DNA of 64,000 bases from Octopus vulgaris. Taxonomy: Eukaryota. A program made the translations under genes and the position numbers. The DNA lies in assembly GCA_951406725.2 (NCBI GenBank), contig OX597833.1, forward strand, positions 3,596,001-3,660,000, in the 5' to 3' direction. Within the stretch, counting starts at the first letter, position 1; the number at the start of each line of letters is the position of its first letter. A model generated the notes under the pieces. That model was not told the origin of the DNA. It searched no databases and saw only the letters and a list, made by a program, of their open reading frames with translations. Shown in pieces: positions 37,830-49,675 of this stretch.

Positions 37830-38395
37830 ATACACATACAGCTGTAGTTTAATATGCTCAAAGAGTGAATATCAAAAAAGACAACTAAACAATTCGGTGG
37901 GAATTCATTATGAGTTGAGTAAAGAATAAATTGATAATATTCATATATGCAAATGAGGTTTTTTTCCTGTTTTTGTATATTTTTCTAGTGTTTTTTTTTT
38001 TGCCTTTTAGATTCTTTTTCCTGGTAGTTTTACGGTCGCCATATTAAATTCGCATATAGATTAACAAACACAACTGGTTTCAAGGAAAAAAAACCCCCAT
38101 TGTTCAGCAATCCTAATTTTCTGCCAACACTTTGCTTTTAATAAGTGACAAGGGCAGGTTGTGCAGAGATAAAGGTGAAACTGTATGGTATATTGAGAAT
38201 GAGTATACACGAAGCTGCCCCCCCCCCCAAAAAAAAATACAAAAGAAGATACGATAATCTTTTCTACTAGGCACAAGGCCCGAAATTTTGGGGTAGGAGC
38301 CAGTCGATTAGATCGACCCAGTACGCAACTGGTACTTAATTTATCGACCCCGAAAAGATGAAAGGCAAATGAAAGGCAAATACGAACGTAACCGC

Positions 38396-38598
38396 ACCTC
38401 AATAGACGTCATTGATTGGTTGAAATTGCCGCAATGCAAGAAATTAAAGATCAAATAGCTTACAAACTACAGAATTTTCTCAATAAAGCCAAGAGAAAAT
38501 GATGTTTTATAAACACATTCTACCAGTATACGAAGTTTAAAAGTGTTTAGTTACAAAGAAATTATTTTAAAAATCTGCCGGTCAAAGCGAAAAGATCC
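38396..38598. mobile_element. One-ended fragment of the GGATC-terminus MITE family (another at 41469-41632)
   Basis: Ends ...CTGCCGGTCAAAGCGAAAAGATCC; shares CATTCTACCAGTATACGAAGTTT. Confidence 0.75.
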
Positions 38599-39999
38599 AA
38601 AGTTTTTTCTAACAAAGAAATTCCTCAATAGGGGCAAAAATGCCACCCAGGGGCAACCAAAGAGTTCCCTGATCACGAGACCCTCTACTTACTAGGCGTA
38701 CCTTGGAAACTGCTCCTCTCTCCTCCTTACTCCTCAGGCTACTGGCGCCAGTTTATAGCTGGCCCACTTACTCGAACCATACACGTCTCATCCACCCATC
38801 TTTCAATAAATTTACTGAAGCGATGGGGAGGGGGAGGGCAACACTTCCTTCTCAACCCTCATCTTGCTGTTTTTCAAATGGAGTCAATGAGAGCTTGACT
38901 GAAGACGAAAGTGTTTGTTTTGAAGGACGAAAGGCAAAGTGGATCTCGATGGGATTTGAACTCAGTATGCAGAGAGACGTTAAAAATACCTATTCCTTTA
39001 CTACCCACAAGGAGCTAAACACAGAGAGGACAAACAAGGATAGACAAATGGATTAAGTCGATTATATCGACCCCAGTGCGTAACTGGTACTTATTTAATC
39101 GACCCCGAAAGGATGAAACAAAGTCAACCTCGGCGGAATTTGAACTCAGAACGTAACGGCAGACGAAATACCGCAAAGCATTTCGCCCGGCCTGCTAACG
39201 ATTCTGTCAGCTCGCTAATTCTAATAATTGCCTCTGATTAAAGCGCAAAGCCAACAATTTTGAGGCTCAAGGGCGGGGTTTGAATCGATATCATCGACCC
39301 TAGTCTTGACTTGAAAAGATAAAAAGGTAAGGCTGACCTCGGCGGGATTTGAACCAAGAACATAAAAGGTCGAAAGAAATGTATGAAACGGACGTTTGTA
39401 TATCTTTTTTCATCTTTTATCTCTTACCTGTTTTAGTTATCAGACTGCGGCCATGCTGGGGCACCACCATGAAGAATTTTTAGTCGAACGAATCGACCCC
39501 AGGACTTTTTTGTTAAGCCTGGTACTTTTTCTGTCATTCTCTTTTGATGAACCGCTATGTTATGGGGATGTAAACATACCAACATCGGTTGTCAAGCAGT
39601 GGTGGGGCACAAACAAGGAAATCATCACACGCGCACGCGTGGGGCACACAGACACACACACAGACACACAGACACACAGACACACACACACACACACACA
39701 CACTCACGACATGCTTCTTTCAGTTTGCGTCCACCAAATCCACACACAAGGCTTTGGTCGGCCCCGAAGCTATAGTAGAAGTCATTTGCCCAAGGTGCCA
39801 CGCAAAGGAACTGAACTCGGAACCATGTGGTTGGGAAGCAAACTTCTCACCACAAAACCACAGCCGACAATTTCAAATTAAAGGCAGCTTATAATTATTC
39901 CTGTCTACTTGGCTTACAGAATACTCTATCGAGATATGATCTCGATGACCCGATGTGCTTTGTCCATGTCCACACTGGCACATTCGGGAAATCCAGCTG

Positions 40000-40646
40000 G
40001 GATCTTTAACTTTTGACCGACAGATTAAAAAAATAATTCTTGTAACTAAACACTTTCAAACTTCGGACCCTGGTAGAATGTGTCATATAAAACATCTTTT
40101 ACTCTTAGCATTTTTGAGAAAAACTTATATTTACGAAGTTATTTCACGTTAAAGTTGTCGTAGTTCGGTAATTTCAACCAATCAATGGCGTATATTCAGC
40201 TGAATAAAATTACAGCCGTTGTTTGTTAACAACAACTATCGGCGGTGTATTTTTCGTTTGTCACTGTTATTTATGACATCTTTCGTGCATCTGCACTGGT
40301 TTGAGCTTTAAGGTTTTAGGGTTAGGGTTTTAGGGCTAGGGTTAGGGTTAAGGTTTTAGGGTTAGGTTCAGGGTTGTCATAAATAACAGTGACAAACGAA
40401 ATTTACACCGCAGGAAGTTCTTGTTGATAAACAACAGCAGTAATTTTATTCAGCTGAATACACGTCATTGATTGGTTGAAGTTACTGAAATACGACAACT
40501 TTAACGTGAAATAACTTCCTAAATATAAGCTTTTCTCAAAAATGCTAAGAGTAAAAGATGTTTTATATGGCACATTCTACCAGTGTCCGAAGTTTGAAAG
40601 TATTTAGTTACAAAAAATTATTTTTAAAATCTGTCGGTAAAGATCC
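40000..40646. mobile_element. Foldback MITE with about 280-bp TIRs and a central telomere-like tract
   Basis: GGATCTTT...AAAGATCC termini; long inverted arms; (TTAGGG)-like array at about 40311-40376. Confidence 0.88.
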
Positions 40647-41299
40647 ACCGGTTGGTACCTGTCGGTCAGAAACGTCTGAGTAGGTTTGTAAGGCTTTTAC
40701 AACCTCTTCTTCTATCGACTGGCCTCTTCACAATCCCACACAGACACACACAACAAAAAAGAGAAAAGAAAAAATCTTTAAGAAACACACTGGGCTGCGA
40801 GTTGAGATCGAACCCACATCAACGTGGCAGTGAAGTGAACGTCTTAAATACTCAGCTATGACTGCACTCTATACATTTTCGCAGCAGACATTGACCTACA
40901 ATTGTTCGACGTGGGTACAGAGTGTATTGTTTCCACCCGTCTGACTCTGAAAAACGAAGAAACTGTTCTTCCTTGTCTGAAAACGAAATTTAAAATAATT
41001 ATTGCATTGTGAGCATCCATAGTGTTTGATGTTGTATCGTATATTGGGATGTTTTTCGGTGGAGAAAGATGACTTCGTGAAATTTCTGCAGATTATATAA
41101 GGTTACCTCTAAAGTTTGGTAGACACGGAAAGAGTTTTAGTATATCTAATTGCTGTTGAGGCTGGGAGGAGACGGAATGGAAGGGAGAGGAAGGGCTATA
41201 GAGAGAAGGAGCAGAGAGTGATGGAGAGTTGATGAAAGAGAAGAAGGAAGGCGAAGAATGAGAGACGAGGGAGAGGGAAAGAGCAGAGATAAAGAGAAA

Positions 41300-41335
<36 letters not shown>

Positions 41336-41758
41336 AAGAAGGGAGATATATAAGAAAAGAAAAAAGAGAGAAAGAAGAGAACAGTAAGCAGAAAGAGGGA
41401 GAGGAAGAGGATTATGAAAGGGAGGGCAATGGGAGGAAAGAGAGGTAAACAGAAAGGAAGAAAGAGAGGGATCTTTTCCTTTTGAACGGCAGTTTTCAAC
41501 ACAATTTCTAGGTAACTAAACACTTTTAAACTTCGTATACTGGTAGAATGTGTCAAAACAAAACATTTTTTTTTCTCTTGGCTTTGTTGAGAAAATTGTA
41601 ATTTGTAAGTTTAACGTAGTTTAATTTTTCGAAGAGAGAGAGAGAGAGAGGGGGGGGGGGGGAAGAAAAAGTAAAGAGAAAACGAGAGGGAAAATTATAT
41701 GGAATAAATTTACAGAAGAGATTTTTTTGTTAATTAACCGTGGACACCGGTGACGACT

Positions 41759-41772
41759 GTCTCCAAGGCAAT
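41759..41772 (+). promoter_or_regulatory. Candidate RFX X-box upstream of the putative IFT52 first exon
   Basis: GTCTCC-AA-GGCAAT approximates the X-box consensus GTYNCY-N2-RGNAAC; IFT genes are established RFX targets. Confidence 0.45.
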
Positions 41773-41774
41773 AA

Positions 41775-41963
41775 ACGCCATGTTGTAATCAAACTCCTCC
41801 GTTGACAACGTTATCTTCTTTATATTCACCTCCAAACTATCAATAGCTTATTGGTATTGATCTAGTGAATCGAATTGTGGTTTATGGGTCAAAACTTCAT
41901 CTAAGACATTCGTTTACAGCATTCTGTGCCGTAATGGCGAAACATCAGGGCCAATATTAAATG
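41775..41963 (+). other. Putative non-coding first exon of IFT52 (donor G|GTAAGT at 41964; intron to acceptor at 46011)
   Basis: Unique CpG-containing sequence ending in a consensus donor; strong acceptor ttttttttctttcAG at 46011; 5' boundary is a guess. Confidence 0.5.
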
Positions 41964-41997
41964 GTAAGTTGTTATTTAATCCAGATTTAGGGGGCGG

Positions 41998-42207
41998 TTT
42001 ACTCTCTTTTACTTGTTTCAGTCATTTGACTGCGGCCATGCTGGAGCACCGCCTTTTTAATCGAGCAACTCGACCCCGGGACTTATTCTTTTTTGTAAGC
42101 CCAGTACTTATTCTATCGGTCGCTTTTGCCGAACCGCTAAGTAACGGGGACGTAAACACACCAGCATCGGTTGTCAAGCAATGCTAGGGGGACAAACAGA
42201 CACACAA

Positions 42208-42253
<46 letters not shown>

Positions 42254-42840
42254 GACGGGCTTCTTTCAGTTTCCGTCTACCAAATCCACTCACAAGGCTT
42301 TGGTAGTAGAAGACACTTGCCCAAGGTGTCACGCAGTGGGACTGAACCCGGAACCGTGTGATTGGTAAACAAGCTACTTACCACACAGCCGCTCCTGGGG
42401 GCTTCTCTGAGAGCGAAACAATTTTGAAGAAATTTCATTTTAATCAGCAAAACCGCAATTGTGTGACACCCTACCCCCGATTTATTTCGACATAATTTTC
42501 TAACAAATACATTTTTATTGTAATATTTCCCTACACAAAATGTGCCTCTCCCCCACCCCCAGTTTTGTTTTTTCATAACTCAGAAATTTGGAAATTTCAG
42601 AAATTTTTTAATGAATTTATGTTATACACACGGGAATTTATACGACTCTTTTACTTGTTTGAGGCCTTTTACTGCGGCCATGTTGGAGCACCGTCTTTAG
42701 TCGAGCAAATTGACCCCAGGACTCATTCTTTGTAAGCCTAGTACTTATTCTATCGGTCCCTTTTGCCGAAACGCTAAGTTACGGGGACGTAAGCACACCA
42801 GCATCGGTTGTCAAGCGATGTTGGGGGACAAACACAGACA

Positions 42841-42876
<36 letters not shown>

Positions 42877-43055
42877 TATATATATATACACGACAGGCTT
42901 CTTTCAGTTTCCGTCTACCAAATCCACTCACAAGGCTTTTGTTGGCCCGAGTCTATAGTAGAAGACACTTGCCCAAGGTGCCACGTAGTGGGACTGAACT
43001 CGGAACCATGTGGTTGGTAAGCAAGCTACTTACCACACAGCTACTCCTACGCCTA
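41998..43055 (-). mobile_element. Two SINE family A copies (41998-42395, 42645-43055)
   Basis: Reverse complement of family A. Confidence 0.85.
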
Positions 43056-43262
43056 TGCAAAAAAATGTGATTTACGCGGTATTTAGCCGTTATTTTTAGC
43101 ACATCTCACGACCACATCGTACCGATCTCGTTTGTTTATCTCTCTGATATATTGATGTCTTTCAATATCTTTCTTCCCGTAAGCACATTTAATGGTCTGT
43201 TATTGGGATTTAAGCCAAGAATTCGGACTGTGATTTAAAAAAAAAATTTCGAAAACTTAAAC

Positions 43263-43382
43263 TTTTGTTTTGCTGACTGGAATACAGGGTCCCGTACGGG
43301 ACGGTTGAGTGGGAACGAAACTGTCCCAGATAGACACAGCTGGAGCAATGACGTTCAATGTCGCAGCAAAAGGATACAGGAA
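43263..43382 (-). pseudogene. Inverted, frameshifted IFT52 coding fragment (homologous to about 46563-46690)
   Basis: Minus strand gives FLYPFAATLNVIAPAVSI...GTVSFPLNRPV...LYSSQQNK versus gene FLYPFGATLNVIAPAVSILSSGTVSFPLNRPVCALYSSQQSK. Confidence 0.92.
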
Positions 43383-43704
43383 TGGTATAACGTGTGAAAG
43401 TTCCAGCATGGCCGTAGCCAAATACTGAAACAAATAAAAGACTCTAAGACTAGCAGAACACAAATTCGCCAAATTTTTCTGAAAATTCCACGTTTTTCAA
43501 AATTTTCTACTCCATAAACACGTTTAATGGAATGACGATGCACCAAGGGGTGGTCCACTGTGGGGCATTTAAGCAAAGAGGTCGGACCATCCGTATTTTA
43601 AACTCTGGTTTCAAAGAAAATAAAAATCGAAAAAGAGTGGACAATTTAGGGTTTATAGTGGAGTGGGGGATGGGGTTTAAAAAATTAAAAACTTTTTCCA
43701 TAAT

Positions 43705-44102
43705 GCAGGAGTGGCTGTGTGGTAAGTAGCTTGCTAACCAACCACATGGTTCCGGGTTCAGTCCCACTGCGTGGCATCTTGGGCAAGTGTTTTCTGCTAT
43801 AGCCCCGGGCCGACCAATGCCTTGTGAGTGGATTTGGTAGACGGAAACTGAAAGAAGCCTGTCGTATATATGTATATATATATATGTATGTGTGTATGTT
43901 TGTGTGTCTCTGTTTGTCCCCCTAGCATTGCTTGACAACCGATGCTGGTGTGTTTACGTCTCCGTCACCTAGCGGTTCGGCAAAAGAGACCGATAGAATA
44001 AGTACTGGGCTTACAAAGAATAAGTCCCGGGGTCGATTTGCTTGACTAAAGGCGGTGCTCCAGCATGGCCGCAGTCAAATGACTGAAACAAGTAAAAGAG
44101 TA
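43705..44102 (+). mobile_element. SINE family A, full length
   Basis: Family A head and tail. Confidence 0.85.
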
Positions 44103-45149
44103 ATACAACCCCCCTTTTTTTTTATTCTACAGGAATTTAATTTTTTGATTGTATTTACGAATTCTTTTCACATTAGTATATATATGTGTGTATTTTTATG
44201 TATTTATATATAAATATCATCATCATCATCATCATTGTTTAGCATCTGCTTTCCATGCTAGCATGGGTTGGACGGTGCAACTGGGGTCTGGGAAGCCCAT
44301 AGGCTGCACCAGGCCCAGTCTGATCTGGCAATGTTTCTACGGCTGGATGCCCTTCCTAACGCCAACCACTCCATGAGTGTAGTGGGTGCTTTTCATGTGC
44401 CACTGGCACAGGTTCCAGACGAGGCTGGCAAACGGCCACGATCATATGGTGCTTTTTACGTGCCACCGGCACGGAGGCCAGGCGAGGCTGGCAACGGCCA
44501 TGATCGGATGGTGCTTTTTACGCAAATATGTGTATGTATTTATATATGTCATCATCATATAACATCCATTATCCATGCTGGCATGGGTTGGATGGTTTGG
44601 TTAAGGGCTAGAAAGCTGAGCGGCTGCACCAGACTCTAGTCTGATTTGGCATGGTTTCTACAGTTGGATGCCCTTCCTAATGCCAACCACTCCAGAGAAT
44701 GTAATGAGTGCTTTTAAGTGCCAGCTGTGTGACACCAGTATCTGCTACGACCCCTATTTCACTTGGCTTGATGGGCCTTCTTCTCAAGCCCAGCATAATG
44801 CCAAAGTTTTCGGTCATTTGTCATTGCCTCTGTGAGACCCAAATACTCGAAAGCTACTTTTTACATGCCACTGGCATTGGGCACATTGCCTCCGTGAGGC
44901 CCAACGCTCAAAAAGTGCGTTTTTTGTGCCACCAGCATTGGCCACGACTACAATTCCACTTGGCTTGATGGACCTTCTCAAGCACAGCTTAGCGTCAACA
45001 GTCTCTGTCATTAGCCATTTGCCCCTGGGAGGCCCAACGTTTGAATACCATTGCTTCACCACTTCATCCCATGTCTTCCCACCACAGTTAGAGATTGGCG
45101 CTTCTTTAATGTATTTATTAATATATATATATATATATACATATATAAA

Positions 45150-45193
<44 letters not shown>

Positions 45194-45198
<5 letters not shown>

Positions 45199-45357
45199 GA
45201 TATAGTGTATATTTATACACATAAGGAATCCACTTTATGTGAAATTCAACACATTAGAAAGAACAGCTAGGTTTACAGAACCTAGCTGTTCTTTCTAATG
45301 TGTTGAATTCACGTAAAGTGGATTCCTTATGTGTTTAAATATACACTATATCGTATA
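45194..45357. repeat. Foldback palindrome, arms about 78 bp, next to (TA)n
   Basis: CATAAGGAATCCACTTTA...AGAACAGCTAGGTT mirrored by AACCTAGCTGTTCT...TAAAGTGGATTCCTTATG. Confidence 0.9.
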
Positions 45358-45729
45358 ACTAATATATAGTCTTCTTGACTAATTTTTTTTTTTGCACGTT
45401 AGACCACTGGAAATGTAAATTTTTGATTGAATGTTTTGATTTTAATTAAATTCCATTTCCCTTTGACATGATATATATATATATATATGATAATAATAAT
45501 AATAATAATAATATGAGGGAATATTATTCCAAACTTAGAGGGAAAAATTCAATTTAGAAATACTAAATCAAATTTCACAAAATATAAAATATATATATAT
45601 ATATATATATAATTTATATATTTATATTTAATCTTTCTATAATATGTAATTTTTCTAAATGGTATAATTTAATTTTTCATTATTGAATTGATGAAAGGTG
45701 GGTTTTTTTTCTAATTTATATATATATAC

Positions 45730-45935
45730 ATTCAAAATGTGACCGCGTTTGTACCGTTGGCGATTTTTTTTCCTCTGTCTTCCCTTCTCTGGATCTTTCC
45801 TTCTATGTTTCCGACGAAGAGCTCCGCTTGAAACGTTAAACCCTCCTTCCTTCCTGAGCGTCCAATAATACTATATTTGTTCCACGTCCTCATGTTGTTG
45901 TGTTTTTTTGTGCTTTCTTGTTTGGATTAACTATA
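45730..45935 (+). mobile_element. Probable Penelope-like element end with a minimal hammerhead-like motif (45807-45841)
   Basis: GTTT-CCGACGA-AGAGC TCC GCTT-GAAA-CGTT-AAAC; embedded in (TA)n. Confidence 0.55.
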
Positions 45936-46043
45936 TATATATATATATATATACATACTTATCTACTTATATATAAGTTATATATCTATTTCTCTGTTTT
46001 TTTTCTTTCAGAAGTGGGTTGATATCTAAAACATTCCAGAAAC

Positions 46044-47357
46044 ATGGCACCTGTCACAGAAGGCGTTGAAGGTGGGAATCCTGGTAACTTGATACTTTTT
46101 AATACTTGCAAAAACGAGTTGTTCTCCCTGGGTCGAGGTTTCAAAACCTTCAGTCGTAAACTTCGGTCCGACTGGAGATTCCAAAACAACAAGGACTCGA
46201 TTACCGAGGAGAAGCTCGCCAGTGCCCGTGTGTTTGTCCTGGCGGCTCCCCGCGAGAAATTCACTCAGGATGAGTTCAATGTCATGAAACACTACGTTGC
46301 CAAGGGCGGCAATATATTTGTGATGCTGGGTGAAGGCGGAGAAGACCGATACGAAAACAACATCAACTTCCTGCTTGAAGAATATGGTATTATGATAAAC
46401 AGCGACTCTGTTGTGAGGACATCTTATCACAAGTATTTCCACCCTAAAGAAGTGTTGGTACAGAATGGGGTCCTGAACAGAGCCATCAGCCAAGCAGCAG
46501 GGAAGCTGAACTCAGGACTGATCAGTGATTCTGATGGTGGGAACAATGCACAAGCACTCTCGTTTCTGTATCCTTTTGGTGCGACCCTGAATGTCATTGC
46601 TCCAGCTGTGTCCATCTTGTCGTCAGGCACTGTGTCGTTCCCACTCAACCGTCCAGTGTGTGCCCTGTATTCCAGCCAGCAAAGCAAAGGCAAACTCGCC
46701 GTTCTCGGTTCTGTACATATGTTTAACGATACTTACTTAGAGAAAGAAGAGAATCTGAAAATCCTGGAAGTTCTGCTGAAATTTCTCACCACAAACAACA
46801 TCAAACTGAACCAGATCGATGCCGACGACCCGGACATATCTGACTACAACATGCTGCCACAAATGTCCACCTTGTCTGAAGAACTGAAGACTTGTTTGCA
46901 GGAAACGGACGACATTCCTCGCGACATTGCCTCCCTGTTTGACAACTCTCTGTACAAGCTGGACACGTCCCTCATCCCCACAGCGATTCGGGCCTACAAC
47001 GAACTGCATGTGAAGCATGACACCCTTGCACTGATCACCCCACAGTTTGAAACCCCTCTCAGTCCACTCCAGCCGGCTGTTTTCCCGTTGGCTCTTCGGG
47101 AACTGCCTGCCCCCAGTTTGGATCTGTTTGACCTCGACGAGCAATTCTCATCGGAGAAGGCTCGTCTGGCCCAACTCACAAATAAGTGCACAGACTCTGA
47201 CCTTGAGTATTACATACGAGAGTGTGGAGATATTTTAGGGGTGACCACTAAACTCTCTTCAGAATCGAAAGATGCCAAACATATACTGGAATATATCTTC
47301 CTGCGAGTTGTGGAATTCAAGAAGCTAAACCAGGAAACTGAATATGCAGGTGTTTAA
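46044..47357 (+). CDS. IFT52: Intraflagellar transport protein 52, 437 aa, uninterrupted CDS
   Basis: Diagnostic motifs MLGEGGE, NINFLLEEYGIMINSDSVVRT.Y.KYFHPKE, YPFGATL, LITPQFETPL.PLQPAVFP, LFDLDEQFSSEKARLAQLTNKC, VVEFKKLNQE. Confidence 0.97.
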   Translation: MAPVTEGVEGGNPGNLILFNTCKNELFSLGRGFKTFSRKLRSDWRFQNNKDSITEEKLASARVFVLAAPREKFTQDEFNVMKHYVAKGGNIFVMLGEGGEDRYENNINFLLEEYGIMINSDSVVRTSYHKYFHPKEVLVQNGVLNRAISQAAGKLNSGLISDSDGGNNAQALSFLYPFGATLNVIAPAVSILSSGTVSFPLNRPVCALYSSQQSKGKLAVLGSVHMFNDTYLEKEENLKILEVLLKFLTTNNIKLNQIDADDPDISDYNMLPQMSTLSEELKTCLQETDDIPRDIASLFDNSLYKLDTSLIPTAIRAYNELHVKHDTLALITPQFETPLSPLQPAVFPLALRELPAPSLDLFDLDEQFSSEKARLAQLTNKCTDSDLEYYIRECGDILGVTTKLSSESKDAKHILEYIFLRVVEFKKLNQETEYAGV

Positions 47358-47668
47358 TATATAAAATGATGCTACATTACCTTGGAAGATGTCAAGTGCC
47401 TTTCTGTTCTTTACTGCTCTGGGTGACCATTACAGTAATAATTTTCAACTGTCATGTTACCGTTTCTAACTAGTTACCAATTGACAGAGTTGTCTCCTCT
47501 TGTCCGTTCATCTGTTCTCTTAACTCTTTGTAAATACATTTGACTAGAGACACACATAGATTTACATTTGTATATATATATATATATAATAATAAATATT
47601 AGGGAATAAATCCAAATTTACAGGGAAAATCAGATTTAGGATTGAATCCAATTTTATAGTAAAATATT

Positions 47669-47870
47669 ATATAATATTAATTAGAGATAAAACCACTATT
47701 TTGCAAATCAAACAAAGAAAGACTTAATCCAATACATAAAAAAAATTTAATATAAATTAAATAAAATTATAATTTTATTTAATTTATATTAAAATTTTTT
47801 TATGTATTGGATTAAGTCTTTCTTTGTTTGATTTGCAAAATAGTGGTTTTGTCTCTAATTAATATTATAT
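47669..47870. repeat. AT-rich palindrome with no loop, arms about 100 bp
   Basis: AAAACCACTATTTTGCAAATCAAACAAAGAAAGACTTAATCCAATACAT mirrored on the right; centre about 47770. Confidence 0.9.
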
Positions 47871-48204
47871 ATATATATATATGTACACACACACATGTAT
47901 TTATATCAGCTTAGACATGCACACTAAAATGTTTATACACACATTCACACACACACATGCATATAAAGATACACACTCAATACATATATACAAACATACA
48001 CAATTACGTATGTAAATGCACATATCATTCTTTTGTCAATAAATTATTTTAATATCATTATGTTGTGTGACGTTTCTGAGTTCAAATGCCCCAGGAATAA
48101 CTCTTCCTTTTTAATCTCCTGGGGTCGTCAAAAACGTAATGGTTGGTTTACTTGACCGTGGCCTTCCCTCAAATAGGTCGGTCTTGAAATCAGTGTATTT
48201 AATT

Positions 48205-48592
48205 CTCTTTTACACTCTTAATTGTTTCAGTCATTTGACTGTGGCCATGCTGGAGCACCGCCTTTAGTCGAGCAAATCGACCCCAGGACTTATTCTTTGT
48301 AAGCCTAGTACTTGTTCTATCTGTCTCTTTTGCCGAACCGCTAAGTTACAGGGACGTAAACACACCACCATCGATTGTCAAGCGATGTTGGGGGGACAAA
48401 CACAAACACACACACACATACATATATACGACGGGCTTCTTTCAGTTTCCATCTACCAAATCCACTCACAAGGCTTTGGTCGGCCTGAGGCTATAGTAGA
48501 AAACACTTGCCCAAGGTGCCACGCAGTGGGACTGAATCTGGAACCATGTGGTTCGTAAGCAAGCTACTTACCACACAGCCACTCCTACACCT
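48205..48592 (-). mobile_element. SINE family A, full length
   Basis: Reverse complement of family A. Confidence 0.85.
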
Positions 48593-48947
48593 ACTATTTT
48601 GATAATTTTCAACTTAATTCACTGTGGTTTTGTTGCTATTGCTCAGATGTGATCTTAGATGTTTGTTGCTTTCTTGGTTGTGTTGTTGCTAACCCAGATG
48701 TGTTGCAATTCTCCCAGTTTGTATCAGTGCTTTCACAGATGTTGCTAACCCACTTTTGTCATTGTTGTTGCTAATCCACTCCTGTTGTTGATATATCAGT
48801 CCATTGCTGTTACTATCTCCACTGTGTTATTATCCAAAATTCAGGATATGTTGTTGCTATTGCAGATACTTGTTGCTTTCTCATCAGATATTGTTGCCAA
48901 CTCAGTTGCGTTGTTGCTATCCCAGATGTGTTCCCTTCACAATTTAT

Positions 48948-49675
48948 GTCATTGCTATCTCAGATGTTGCTAATTTAGTTTAGCCAATGTTGTTGCTATC
49001 CCTGATGTTATTACTGCAGCTTGCCATTGCTATCTCATATGTTGTTGCTAATCTAGCTTAGCCAATGTTGTTGCTATCCCTGATGTTATTACTGCAGCTT
49101 GCCATTGCTATCTCAGATGTTGTTGCTAATCTAGTTTAGCCAATGTTGTTGCTATCCCTGATGTTATCACTGCAGCTTGCCATTGCTATCTCAGATGTTG
49201 TTGCTAATCTAGCTTAGCCAATGTTGTTGCTATCCTGATGTTATTACTGCAGTTTGCCATTGCTATCTCAGATGTTGTTGCTAATTTAGTTTAGCCAATG
49301 TTGTTGCTATCCCTGATGTTATCACTGCAGCTTGCCATTGCTATCTCAGATGTTGTTGCTAATCTAGCTTAGCCAATGTTGTTGCTATCCCTGATGTTAT
49401 TACTGCAGTTTGCCATTGCTATCTCAGATGTTGTTGCTAATTTAGTTTAGCCAATGTTGTTGCTATCCCTGATGTTATTACTGCAGCTTGCCATTGCTAC
49501 CTCAGATGTTGTTGCTAATTTAGTTTAGCCAATGTTGTTGCTATCCCTGATGTTATTACTGCAGCTTGCCATTGCTATCTCAGATGTTGTTGCTAATCTA
49601 GTTTAGCCAATGTTGTTGCTATCCTTGATGTTATCACTGCAGTTTGCCATTGCTATCTCAGATGTTGTTGCTAGT
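48948..49675. repeat. 78-bp minisatellite, about 9.4 copies
   Basis: Unit GCCATTGCTATCTCAGATGTTGTTGCTAATCTAGTTTAGCCAATGTTGTTGCTATCCCTGATGTTATTACTGCAGCTT starting at 49023, 49101, 49179, 49256, 49334, 49412, 49490, 49568, 49646. Confidence 0.95.

Noticed and set aside
40311-40376. True telomere or chromosome fusion site
   Set aside because: Short, degenerate and enclosed by transposon TIRs
40785-40866. tRNA gene on the minus strand
   Set aside because: A- and B-box-like motifs present but no convincing cloverleaf; likely a decayed SINE head
48948-49675. Coding repeat (78 bp = 26 codons) or CRISPR
   Set aside because: Stops recur within each unit, one unit is 77 bp, and there are no spacers
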